From Asterionella formosa (lineage: Eukaryota): DNA of 64,000 nt. The position numbers and the translations under genes are program-made. The stretch spans positions 1 to 64,000 of the forward strand of contig NKIB01013093.1 in assembly GCA_002256025.1 (NCBI GenBank), written 5' to 3'. Positions 47,122 through 59,090 of the stretch are shown here, one piece after another. The notes beneath the pieces are model-generated. The model was not told the origin of the DNA. It saw only the letters and a list, made by a program, of their open reading frames with translations, and searched no databases. How positions within the stretch are numbered: the stretch's first letter is position 1; each line of letters begins with the position of its first letter.

Positions 47122-47580
47122 TTACCACTTGTTTTCCGAAGCTTGGTCAAGCACATATGCCACGACATTCTCAAAATCCTCAGGAGATTTGACAGTTCCA
47201 CCAAACAAGAGTGCCCCCTTGTGAACTGCTCCATTCTGCACAAATGCTTGAATGGCAACAGGATCCATACCAAAGTTCTTCTGAAGCGTGTCTTTTTGAA
47301 GGTCCTTTTCTTTCACCACGCGATTCTGTCCTCCAGCGTGACAGGCAGCACAATTGGCAGTAAAGAGTTCCTCGCCAGCTGCCACGTCTACTGCCGATGC
47401 TGCAGGCGCAAACATAGCGGTAAAGAAGAGCGCGGTTGCTGCGGTTGTCGCCACTCCCTCATACATGGACTTGGACATTTCCAACGACGTGCGTTTTGTG
47501 GTTGGAGTGACAGCCACAAAGCCAAAGGCGGATGCAGAAGTCGCGAGAAAGAGGGCAAGGAGGGACAAGATTCGAACCAT
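47122..47580 (-). CDS. Cytochrome c6-like protein (nuclear-encoded, thylakoid-lumen-targeted), lacking the canonical axial Met
   Basis: Signal + ASA|F, transit peptide and lumenal signal ending ASA. GEELFTANCAACHAGGQN heme motif and C-terminal ENVVAYVL..A...W. Confidence 0.9.
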   Translation of the reverse strand: MVRILSLLALFLATSASAFGFVAVTPTTKRTSLEMSKSMYEGVATTAATALFFTAMFAPAASAVDVAAGEELFTANCAACHAGGQNRVVKEKDLQKDTLQKNFGMDPVAIQAFVQNGAVHKGALLFGGTVKSPEDFENVVAYVLDQASENKW

Positions 47581-49443
47581 GGTGCAAAAGGATTTACTGT
47601 GGATGTTGTGTCTTACATAGTTGTGTTTCTTCGTTTAGCTTAGGCAACAAAGATACAGATTCTCAATCGTTGTTTTATGCATTGTGAAGTTACTTCGCTT
47701 ATTACCTGGTAGTCCCAGGTCCTGGTACCATGTACACTGAGGATATGTCTATGTAGTTTTACCGTATGTACCGGTAGTTCAATTCTCTACTGACACATGG
47801 ATACACAAGACCAAAAGTTGATGTCATGATTCCAAACAGACAAAACGTCGATTCGAGTTTGCTTGAACATATGTACAGTATTACATACCAGTAGCTAGTA
47901 TGCATTACCGGTATGTCGTTCTCAAGAAGATACCGTCAAAATTCGGATTGCTTAGTTTCGTCATATTTCATGTATGATGCTGGTATCGTCGTACGTTCGT
48001 CCAATAATAAGTATACCGGTAGTATGCAAGAATCAAAAGAATCATCAGCCCCGCAAAGAAAATATTGAGAACCATGCATCAATGCAGTTCTACTGGACAA
48101 AGTACAAGGATTCCATGTAGCTCCACCGGAAAAGTATTTGAGAAAATGATTGAAACTTTTCATCATCTGCAAGACGAACACGGTGAGGCTAGTGATTTCC
48201 GGTTCAAGTTAGAGTACAGGTACAGCAAATCACCTTCACGGCCTTCTCCCAGACGATTGTCGGGTAGGTGCCTGGTACGAGATCATTGTAGCTAGTTAGC
48301 ATCCTAACAAAGGCTAAATTAATTCATGGAATCCTGTGTTGTACACACATCGATACCTTTTTCGTGAGTTCATGTGTGTTGGAAAAGAATTTTGATACAG
48401 GCATCATGATCAACTCACGCATACATCACATACGACTAGCCATGTTCCATCATTTCATTGTTACATGACCTGATGGCTGTTCCCATCAATCAGCCTCTTG
48501 ACAAACACTTATTGCGCTTGGTAGACCTTACAGAAAATCATTGAGTAGTTGATGCAGGTTCTGAACAAGTTAAATAGTAAGGCATGTTTGGCATTAGCTA
48601 GATTTGCAGCTAGATTTGCAGCTAATGTATAATTTCCTTTTGTTACAAATCTTTCCCTCCATCATGCACACAGAACTTGGCTATACTCAGCAGAAAATCA
48701 AGTTCCTCTTTCCATGTGAATTCTTCTTCTTTGACATGATGAACTTTGTCTAACAAACTCGACCCACCTAGAATTGATTTTTAGATAATCTGTAATTTTA
48801 TGTGCTGGCCAGCATATTGCACTAGGGATTGGGTCATAGGTGCGACTACATTGTATTTTGCTGAGATTGGAATGTCAGCAAAATTACCACAACTTGCAGG
48901 TACATGGTACATTAAAAACTTCATACTCCTTTCCATGGGCAGGTATCTCCTCACATAGAACTTACCTGTTGTAGTACTAGTACTGTTATCTTTTGCTGCT
49001 AGAGCTCTTGCTAGTTTTTTGCTATTGACCTAATTCTCACTGTTTCTTAATTTTAAAAGCTTGAACTAAAACCTAGTTTTGATCCCATTCATCACGCTTT
49101 GAGAACCTGTTCTGTGTGATCCCTTTTTGTTGATACAATCCTCCTTCTGATTGATCTAAAATGTCAATCTCATTAGCAAGGTTCTTGACATGGAAATGCA
49201 CCATGTGATTCATTGGACCATAGTTGAGTCCACAGTCTTCATGATCCATCATAGCTATTGACACTATCATTTTGAAACTGGTAATACCCTATGAGTTCTG
49301 TTGAACTTAGAGTGTAGACTTGTTCTTATCATGGGATTTTTTATGGTATTATTGTGATTACACATTTGAATCCATTATATCATCCCACACTTTCACGGAA
49401 TGCACAACAAAAATATGGTGGAAAGATGCCATTGAATCATATT

Positions 49444-50769
49444 TTAATACCAAAATTCTTGATATCGCCTCACTATTTCTTCCTTCACTTGTCGTTCATC
49501 GCGTTGTGCATCTGGGTGATAGAGGAGGTCATACATGAACAATGTGGCTCGCTCAGATATTTGTCTTGCCTTTTGGTCATTGTCTCTGACCCACTGCACC
49601 ATTTCTTCTGCATTAGCCCCATCAACATCCATAGGAATGTAATGTACCCAAGGCTCCAGTAATTCTTCCATCGCCCAAGATGTCCTTGTCGGCTTTGGCA
49701 TAAGAACCACAGATTTGCTAAGCAGATTCCATTTAAGCCCTGATGCCACATCATTGCCTTCGAAGCTGATTAATATTTTGTAACTTTGAAACTCTCCCAT
49801 GGACAATCGTTCCTTGGTGAGTTTGACTCCATTCACAGTGTCTGGTATCAAGCCGACGGTGTCATCGATACCAGCATCAATTAATTTCGAGTTCATGTGT
49901 TCTAACACAAAGCGACATCTCTGGTTTTCTCGGCAATGCTGTAGTGGTGGCAAATCGCTGGGTGCATGACCTTTCCCAGTGAACGCCCCTCTCCAAATGG
50001 CTAGCGGTTTCTTCTGTTCCCATGCCCTATCACAACTCCTCGAATCTTCCAACGGCTCCCAGTGGCGAATTGTCTCCAACTTCCAGATAATACTACCGGT
50101 GGGGATGGCTGATATCAGTTCATTATTATCTGGACATTGACTCGTCAGATCTTGTAGTTCCTGACGGGTCATGGCATTTCGCCATTTGCCAATCATCGGC
50201 ACGCTATCGTCATTGACAGCAACATCTCCAAAGTGAGCCACTAGTGGAGTCCGTCTCGATAGAGGAGTGTCAAACTGATCATTGATATCCATCAAATCTT
50301 GTACATTTTGGCAGTAACTACGCATGGAGCCTCGTTGGTGCACATGCGGGCTTTCTCCCCCCCTGGAATCTGCACAATCATCAACAACGGGCCGGTTCAA
50401 CAGTAACTTGCTGTCGGGTTGGACAAGGCCAAGAAAAAGTGCCTCCTCGTCGTTGCTGGTGTTGTGAACTTGCAATGTGGGGTAGGGCCCATCCTCGTTC
50501 CGGCTGTATTGGATATTAGGAAGAGTGAAATTGTGGCAGAGCCTTACTGCGTACCAACGATGCATGTATATCTTGACGCGGTCCTCCACACTTGGGAATC
50601 GGTCCTCTCGGGACAGTGGATGCCACTCGGCATGGAAGGAAAATGGTAATGGCAAGAATGCTGGGCGTAGAAAGGAATGAATATAAGAAACATTGCCCAC
50701 GACAACGAACAAGAAGAGGAATACTCCAATTACTCGAAGGTGATGGCCAAAGATACGGCGAGCGCTCAT
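49444..50769 (-). CDS. Glycosyltransferase family 90 (CAP10/KDELC-like), type II membrane protein
   Basis: N-terminal TM. Motifs WRGAFTG, YKILISFEGNDVASGLKWNLLSKSVVLM and LEPWVHYIP. Confidence 0.88.
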   Translation of the reverse strand: MSARRIFGHHLRVIGVFLFLFVVVGNVSYIHSFLRPAFLPLPFSFHAEWHPLSREDRFPSVEDRVKIYMHRWYAVRLCHNFTLPNIQYSRNEDGPYPTLQVHNTSNDEEALFLGLVQPDSKLLLNRPVVDDCADSRGGESPHVHQRGSMRSYCQNVQDLMDINDQFDTPLSRRTPLVAHFGDVAVNDDSVPMIGKWRNAMTRQELQDLTSQCPDNNELISAIPTGSIIWKLETIRHWEPLEDSRSCDRAWEQKKPLAIWRGAFTGKGHAPSDLPPLQHCRENQRCRFVLEHMNSKLIDAGIDDTVGLIPDTVNGVKLTKERLSMGEFQSYKILISFEGNDVASGLKWNLLSKSVVLMPKPTRTSWAMEELLEPWVHYIPMDVDGANAEEMVQWVRDNDQKARQISERATLFMYDLLYHPDAQRDERQVKEEIVRRYQEFWY

Positions 50770-51518
50770 TTGGTCCTTGGAACGGATCGAAACGAGTCTA
50801 CCGTACTACACTGCGTTTCGTGTCAACGCAGTTCTGTTTGGCTTGGCTTGCAGCCCTGACTGTGCTGTCAATGAAAGGAAGGATTGGGATTGCTCAATAG
50901 AGATGTGCCGCAGGGGACAATGACAGCGAAGAATGATTTTGTTCGAATGTGTCAAGGGCACTGCTATCATAAGTATACCGGTACTCGGCATGGTTCGGTT
51001 GTTTGTTTGATATAGCTATACCGGTATTACTCCAACCATCCACGTAGTAGTATATATTGATACACATGACTGAAGAAAAAAATACAAGAATCGAGGACAA
51101 CGATGACGAATCTGTTATCAAGGATTTCTCAAATGCAGTATATGCCGGTCGTGGCTAAGCAACTGGAGAGATCGGCTCCCGCCACACCAGCCAAAGATGA
51201 TCTTTCGAACGCACATTTTATGTACGTACAGGAACCATCATACGTTGCTACATACAGGAATCGGAATGGCTACATTTTTAAACCGGCATGCTGCATTTTA
51301 ATAATCAATGCCCCTTCTTTTGTAGAAAAATCATTTTATTCAACTTACGGTATACCGGTAATAACAATTAATACGAACAGTGTGACTACATTTTTTTATG
51401 AGCGATCATTCAAGATTACATTGAATTCCATCACAACACTCCTGCATCGCAGTTGTTGGCTACATTCTTGCAGAGTAAGTTCGACCAGAAAGTCACATCA
51501 TACCGGGTATTTGGAAGG

Positions 51519-52235
51519 ATGCATCATATTAGACGTCTCTCGGTATTATTCGCACCGTTCATACTGAAAGTATTTGCACTGTTCATTGTTGCGTCAATAC
51601 AAACAACCAACGCTTGGTCCATTCCGATATCACGACGACAAGCCTTCGACCATGCCATTCTTGTATCAACGATGATACCATCATGGCCCACACAGGCTCG
51701 AAACTTGCCGGAGGATAATGGTGCTGATCTGTCAAATGTTGGAACAGTGCAAGCGCTGTTACCCATTATTGACATCGAACAAGTCCTGTCAACAATGCAA
51801 TCGACATTGACCACATCACCATCGGGGATTCTTCTCCTTCCGTCGTCTATTCCAACCAATGAACTGCAATTCAAAAAAATCTTTGATGCCTATAGCATCC
51901 CAGTCACATACAAACAAAAGTTTCGCAACAACAATGCATTTTTGGTGTACTACACTCAAGGCTATGATGGTCCCAATCGACCCAATTTAGAAGATTTGTC
52001 AGAACGTGAACTGCTGCAGCAAGAGCAGTATGGAGCTAGAAACGAGTGTTGGTTGGCTTGGAATGAACTTGTTAATGAAGTGGAGTATGTGACTAGATCG
52101 GGTGATTATTCAACTAGCGATGAACTGGGTTTACTATTGAACACCACGATTGCAGCTGTCACTGCATATTTAACATTGGCACCCAATCAGGTGGAAGGAA
52201 GAACAATGTGGCAGGCAAAAAATCCAAGCATCTGA
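51519..52235 (+). CDS. Conserved-looking hypothetical protein, predicted thylakoid lumen (Tat) targeting
   Basis: ATG at 51519. Signal peptide ending TNA|W, twin-arginine SRRQAF plus a hydrophobic stretch ending TQA. Globular core FKKIFDAYS..VTYKQKF...NAFLVYYTQGYDGP. Confidence 0.75.
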   Translation: MHHIRRLSVLFAPFILKVFALFIVASIQTTNAWSIPISRRQAFDHAILVSTMIPSWPTQARNLPEDNGADLSNVGTVQALLPIIDIEQVLSTMQSTLTTSPSGILLLPSSIPTNELQFKKIFDAYSIPVTYKQKFRNNNAFLVYYTQGYDGPNRPNLEDLSERELLQQEQYGARNECWLAWNELVNEVEYVTRSGDYSTSDELGLLLNTTIAAVTAYLTLAPNQVEGRTMWQAKNPSI

Positions 52236-54265
52236 AATGAATGTGGATAACCATCAGAATTGAGCTCATTGTTCATGTCAAGGGGTCTATTGGACAGTAA
52301 TGGAGCAGTTGTAATTAGGAAAGGAAGACTGCAGTCTTTTGTACAACTGAGTGCCCACCAGCAGATTGATTGCAATACTTTTGTCATGGTTAGTATATCA
52401 TTTGGGCTACAGCCAGCTTCCATTCATAACTGTTTGAATTTCCAGGAATATTTTCTGTCCTCCTCAACATTATTGTGTTTTTTGGGAATCAAACAACCGA
52501 CTTGACAATGTTGATGTATCCCTGTTTTTACATCACCAGGCTCGTAAAAATCAATTAGAGAATGTAGCATGAGTTTACTCAGACTGATCAAATAATGGTA
52601 ATCAGCTCATAGGGGAAAATTTCTTGTCAGTGTAAAGTTGTTGAGCTGTGGAGGTCCCAACTCATATCTTGTATTGGCTTGTATATACCAGACTATGCAG
52701 TGCACCTAGTGTGCTCATATATCATAAATATTTAGACAATACTCATAAAAAGAGCCAAATACTGTGTGTCATTGTATAGTTATTATCAATTATGTTGGAT
52801 GAAGAATTTCACTGCAAAAACTAGCTTGCCAGGAAGAACAAGGGTACTGGTACTTAAATCGTAGGTTCAAACATCAAAACGAGGGTGGGGGTCATGAAAA
52901 GGTAAAATAGTATTCAACTATATGCAGAAGCAAGTGAAGAGGTTCATTCCCTTATGGCTGATAGAATTAAATATTTCTGATCAAAGCAGTTTTCTAATAA
53001 ACAAACCAGGAGATATCAAGTCAAAAAGTATGTGAGCATCTTATTTATGATAAAGATGTGCTACGTGCGAAGCCAATCCTGAAAATCGTTGAAGGGCACC
53101 AGGCTATCATAGCTGCTTTCTGGACAAGTGATCTAGTAAGTGCGGTGATAATGTGAACTATGTGAACTATGTTATGATTTCTAATATCATCATTGTCATC
53201 ATAATCATCAGCACTGAACAGTCGCTAACATTGGCTACTTCTAAAAACTAGTTAACGAGAGGAAAGGTAGTCGTGATCTCCAAGTAATGATTATCCTTGT
53301 TTGAATCTGATCTTACATCATTTGACCAATTCAGCTCTTTTCTAACCAAATTAATAAATACAGCTTGTACCACTATTGCAGTTGGATTGTACATAAATTT
53401 GCAATATGTTCGATGTCAGCAAGGAGGTACTAGCGGATTGCCTCTAATTTTGAACATGGGTGTTATTCAATTAAAATCCAGCTCAATTCTCCATGGACCC
53501 CCGCCTTCTATTACCCTCCAATATGTGCCTTCTTGCGCCAAACTCTTCTGTCTTGTTTTACTATTTGGTGTTGGTAGCTGAATATTCTCTAAAATGTCAA
53601 CCCCAATTTGAGAAGATGCAACACCATTTGTCATTTCTTGCTCCAGTATTATACTTCAGAAACATTATGATGTACATGACCGAATAACTTCGGACAGTTG
53701 GTAGCAATGACCCAACATCCATTTAAAATGCAGAAAAATACCACAAACCATGCTGCCGCCTTCATGGATTATCAACATCAACAACTTCATGGTAAAAACA
53801 GGTGCCCTATTTAGGCAACAAACAAACAATTCTGAGAAATCATCATGTATCATTTCATGCATGTTTTATCAGAATTTTTCAAATTGTACTATTCCTAAGG
53901 GAATGAACCTGAAGGAACTATAGTAATCTGCGATTTCCTAAACATCGAAGAGTTCACTACAAGGCATTCCTGTATATGCGTATAAACCAATGATATATCT
54001 ATTGCAACAAAATTTCTATCCATCATTATGAAGATATGTATGAGTTAACGTCAAGACATTCACACACATGCAAACATAGTATAGCTATACCGCTGTTGTG
54101 CATTCATATGTATGTATGCCAGCCATGTAATTTTCTGTGTGATGCATATCCCTTCTCACTAGTACTAGGACTTCAGTTTTTGTAGTGGAGACTCAGTCAT
54201 ATTATTCGAATAGATTATACACTGGTATTACAGTACCGGTATGATGGTACCTTGTTGTACCTAGG

Positions 54266-57200
54266 TGAGCGATCTTGCAAATCAATACAGATGTAAATAG
54301 GGTTAGTGTTATATCATATATATCAGAACTCAATAATGAAAGAACTCGACTAACCCTTAATGTATACTTTGGTGTCGACTTAGAGAACGAGTTGCACACA
54401 AGGATTAACTCATATATCCAACAATTACTACTACTACTACTTCTAGTTAGATACTTCACTTTGAGTTCAAAAAGAGTCCAATTAAAATTAATAATCATGT
54501 TGATGTACTGTCCTCTCAAGTTCCAGTGGTCCCATTGATGAAGGATAACAACATACAGAGCATCAAGACTCAGACCTCTTTGTGTATCCTTACAAGCCAG
54601 GTCGATTTTTGGAGTCTTTCAACAAAGATATGATCAATTGACACTCAGGGGAATCTTGTTAATTGATTTCAGTAAATTCTGTGATATGGCTAACACATAT
54701 ATCTTCAGTCCAGCAGATTCCTCTCTTGTTATCCTACTGCTACAGAATATGCATTTATAGATATCGCCTTGTCTGACTGGATGAGCGTTGCAATACATCC
54801 AGCCAGATGCTCAGTCCTATGACAGTCTCAACAAAATCATGGTGATGTGGCTGGAGCATTATTGTACTCATGACTTGTTTTTTGAGAGTCAGCATCATTG
54901 GATGTGGATTTTCTGATAATACTCAATTAAACCGTTCAACATGCTGTTGATGAATGTCGCTGCCTGTTTCAAGACCTTAAAGAAGTTCCTAAAACTCATG
55001 ATAACTCATCCAGAAGATCAAGAGGTTTCCGCCAAGGAAGATTTGAGGTTGATTGTCATTTTGCTTGATTTACAATGTGTGGCAACAAGTGCTGTTTGAA
55101 TGGAACAATGAAAATAACACAAAAGAATTGATTCGCTTTGTTTTGACTTACTTCGAGAGTCAACAATAATTCAAAGATCAACTCAAGCACATCCTCAAGC
55201 ATGAGTTCTACCATAAGCCGAAATCGACTTCGCATCGCTGAAGGCAATCGTGTTATGTCGAGAGAACGCACGTGCCTGGTGTCAATTTTCTAACACAAAA
55301 TCGAAAATAAATAGTTAAAAGTTGAAGAAAATCCCGTGATGCATCAAGAAAACAAGCGTGACTTGTGTCAATTTTAACAAAAGATTGTCTTTGCATTGCT
55401 GATTTCAGTCCCGTGATGCATCAAGAAAACAACCATTTCCAGCGTCAATTTGTACATGATTATTTTATACTAAGTGGTAATGATAGGGCACATGCATTTT
55501 AATGCAGCTGGCCATCCATGGGATAGTGAAACAACGGTCAAACATAAGTCCTATCAAGAAAACATTACTAACACTACTAACCCTGATCCTGTTCCTGTTC
55601 CTGTTCCTGTTCCTCTTGCATGAAATTCTACGCAGAGCGAATTATCATACTGACACAGCTAACCTGCCCTATTCATGTTTTTCTTCTGTGCATGTTTTAT
55701 ACAAGTAAATCCATGGATTAACCCTATGATGATGTCTGGTTAGGGTACTGTGCCGAGGGCCATATCTGCCGACTTTTATGAATCTGCCCAGGAAAATTTA
55801 GTGGTCATGATGAATCCTCCTGGTGGTCAGCTAGTGGCCTATGTGCCTAATAAAAGCCAGCAGAATGCTGAACAGATCGCCTTAACAGAAGTATGTGCAA
55901 CAATAGCAATGCTATGATTTTTATAATATATATATATGTATATTTATGAGCAATAGTACATTGAATATGTCTTACATCAATCATTACCTGGATAACATTT
56001 GCTATATTTATAGGATAATTACAGGTTGGAAATCACCGCTATTGAAAGGCGGGATATGATTTTAAAATGCAAAGGTAGATTCAATATATCATTCCATATG
56101 CACATCTCAAGGCCTGATTCCGGTCTCATTTCACTCTTTGCCTAAGAATGCATAAGCTTCATTGCATTTCATTCCCTTTTCACTACCAACCCAATGATTG
56201 GTGGCTGCTGTGTAGCTATATACATGACATAAGATGAATGTTATTTGATCACGGTGGGTCCTGATCTTTAACTTATGAATAGATTGTACTTCAGGACATT
56301 TCGTTGTCCATCGAACATTTATAATTAATATATACCATTCATAGCAGGTATGATCTTTTATTCCTTTGCCAGTACTCTTTCATAAAAAATGCATGATGCT
56401 CCAACAATGTCATCCGCCATCTTGTATCCTGTAACAGAAGTACCTGGTCTTAGTACATTCTGCGAGTTTGCTCATTTGTCCAGCTGGTTAATTGATGATG
56501 GATTTTGTACAAAATAACATGTCCTGTGTGGTGGATATATCAGTGTTTTTTTGCATGTCATTGATTCCTATAATGATACAGAACATTTTCATAATGGGGT
56601 CTGATATTTTGATAGATCTATCAAGGATTATGTTTACACATGGAACATTAAAGCTGCAAACTATACAGTTACGGAAAGGTGCTGTTATGGCTGAAATAAA
56701 TGTATTTAACCACAAGTCATCAAGCACACCAATTCCAAATGAAATGGTCTGTTGAAGAAACTGACTCATTAGGATATCGATAAACTCCAACCAACCTCAA
56801 ATTTTGGTTTTCACAATTAAAAAAGGATTTAAATGGAACTGGTCCATTTGTCTGGCTACCTATGCATACATCAACAAGCTTTTGAATCAATGAAAGCATT
56901 GTTAGTTGCTGCAGATACACTCATGCGTTATCCTAATCGTAATTTTCCTTTCCATATTTTTACTGATGTTTCTGATTTTCAATTAAGAAACTTTCAAAGA
57001 ATTTCGCTCTAGCTATGTAATTGAAAGCGGTTCTACATGTTCACACTGAGCATCGTATTTTTTTTTATAATACCCTACACAGACACTCAACATCTTCTCC
57101 GGTGGAGGATTTATATTGAAGAATATCTTCTTACTTTTCACGATGTGAAGGGTACTGATAAAGCTAACTATTACAGATTTCTAGTATCTCTCGCCTCTCG

Positions 57201-58786
57201 AGGCTTGAGTCTTTGGTTGGGGATGATATTGGGCCGAAATCTTCAGCATCAACTCCACTTCTACTTTCTCAATTGAATTAGATGATGAACCTCCTCTGTG
57301 TACCTGTTTACTCAATGATCCAATCTTGGCAGACAATATTCAATATCCTCTGGATTATAATTCAATACATGATAGACAATTGCTGGATATACAATTGATT
57401 CTCAATCAAACCACAAATCTCATTCTTAATCAACAAACACATCCGTTGAAATTTCCCTCTATCAATTTTCATGATATACATTTAATATGTTTTGTGAAGA
57501 ATCCAGGAGATACTTGGCATATTGCTATTCCTACATCACTATTGGATCCTATTATTAGTTGGTATCATCAGATGTCAGCTCATGTGGGTATGACAAGATT
57601 AAATGCTACAATTTCTTCACATTTTTTAACCCTCCATTAAAAGCAAGAGTGGAACATATTGCAAGCATATGTGAAACATGTTAAGACGTACAAAATTACC
57701 TGGTGCTGGGTTTTGGTGAACTTCCACCAAGGAATGCATTGTTATTACAATGGTCAGAAGTCACAGTGGATTTCATTGGTCCATGGAAGATAACAGTGGC
57801 CGCACAAACGATTGAATTTCGTGCTCTAACTTGAGTTAACACAGTCACCAATTTACCAGAAATTTCATGTATCAATAACAAGACATAAGAATATATTGCA
57901 ATGAAATTAGAAAATGATTTGTGAGGCAGATATCTCCGTCCAGAACGTTGTATATATGACAATGGAGGTGAATTTACTGGTATTCCTTTCATACACATGT
58001 TAGTGTTGAATGGAATTAAAAATGGGACTATTATAGTCAAGAATCCACAAACAAATGCTATCTGTGAATGTTTACATCAATCTATCAGTAACATTCTACG
58101 AGATATGTTAAAGGCTCATCCTCCAATCAAGGAATTTCAAGTTCAGAATATTGTGGATACATGTTTTGTAGCTGCATCATATGCAGCTCGAGCTACTATT
58201 TATAGTACATTGCATATTTCACAAGGAATAGACTATGGCTGAGTTTTCCAACATGATATGATATAAAATATTCCTTTGATTACAGATATGCAATTAGTAT
58301 TGGGATATCAATGTCGAAAAGTGATAATTGACAAATGTCGATGTCATGCTAATTTCCATCATCGTTCTTGTGATTACAAAGTTGGTGACGAGATTTTAAT
58401 CCTAGTATTGGATAATCCTACTACCTTGGATGAGTGTGGACAAGGTCCTTATTCTAATATTCAAGTATACCAATGGTAAAGTTACTTTTCAACAAACCAT
58501 GCATAATACGGAATGAATGAATATTCATTGCATCAAACCTTTTCAAACAAGGTAAAAGGTTTTCCCTTGGTGTTGTGGGAGAGTGAGCGATCTTGCACAT
58601 CAATACAGATGTATATAGGGTTAGTGTTATATCATATATATCAGAACTCAATAATGAAGGAACTCGACTAACCCTTATTGCATACTATGGTGCCGACTTT
58701 GAGAACGAGTTGCACACAAGGATTAACTAATAAGCTCATATTCAAAAAATACTACTACTTCCAGCTAGTTACCGGTAGATATTTCA
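54266..58786 (+). mobile_element. Degenerate two-LTR Gypsy retrotransposon; LTRs 54266-54458 and 58584-58786
   Basis: TG...CA direct repeats with about 8 mismatches by eye in the first ~145 nt. TSD CTAGG/CCAGG and PPT GGGAGAG. RNase H remnant ([25 protein letters not shown]) precedes the integrase remnant (WYHQMSAHVG, VDFIGPW, DNGGEFTG, NPQTNAICE), the Gypsy order. RT is largely missing. Confidence 0.93.
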
Positions 58787-59090
58787 CCAGGTACCAGGGT
58801 ACACCGGGTCGATAATACTGGTATATCATTGTAGTTCACGACCAAGCACCAGGTACACCTGGTACTGTAAAAGTTACAAGTACCGTATCTGGATTATCCA
58901 GTACCGGTAAGTGTGTAGACGAGCACAAATACTCGACACGACTCAAATTGAGCACCTGCTGGTACGTATAAGGGTTTTCGGTACCAGGTGCTACATAACT
59001 ATCGGTAGATACAATCATTGCCTCAGCAAACGAACCACCACGACCCACCATCCATAAAATGACTACATCGGGTTTTGACGAACGAAATAA

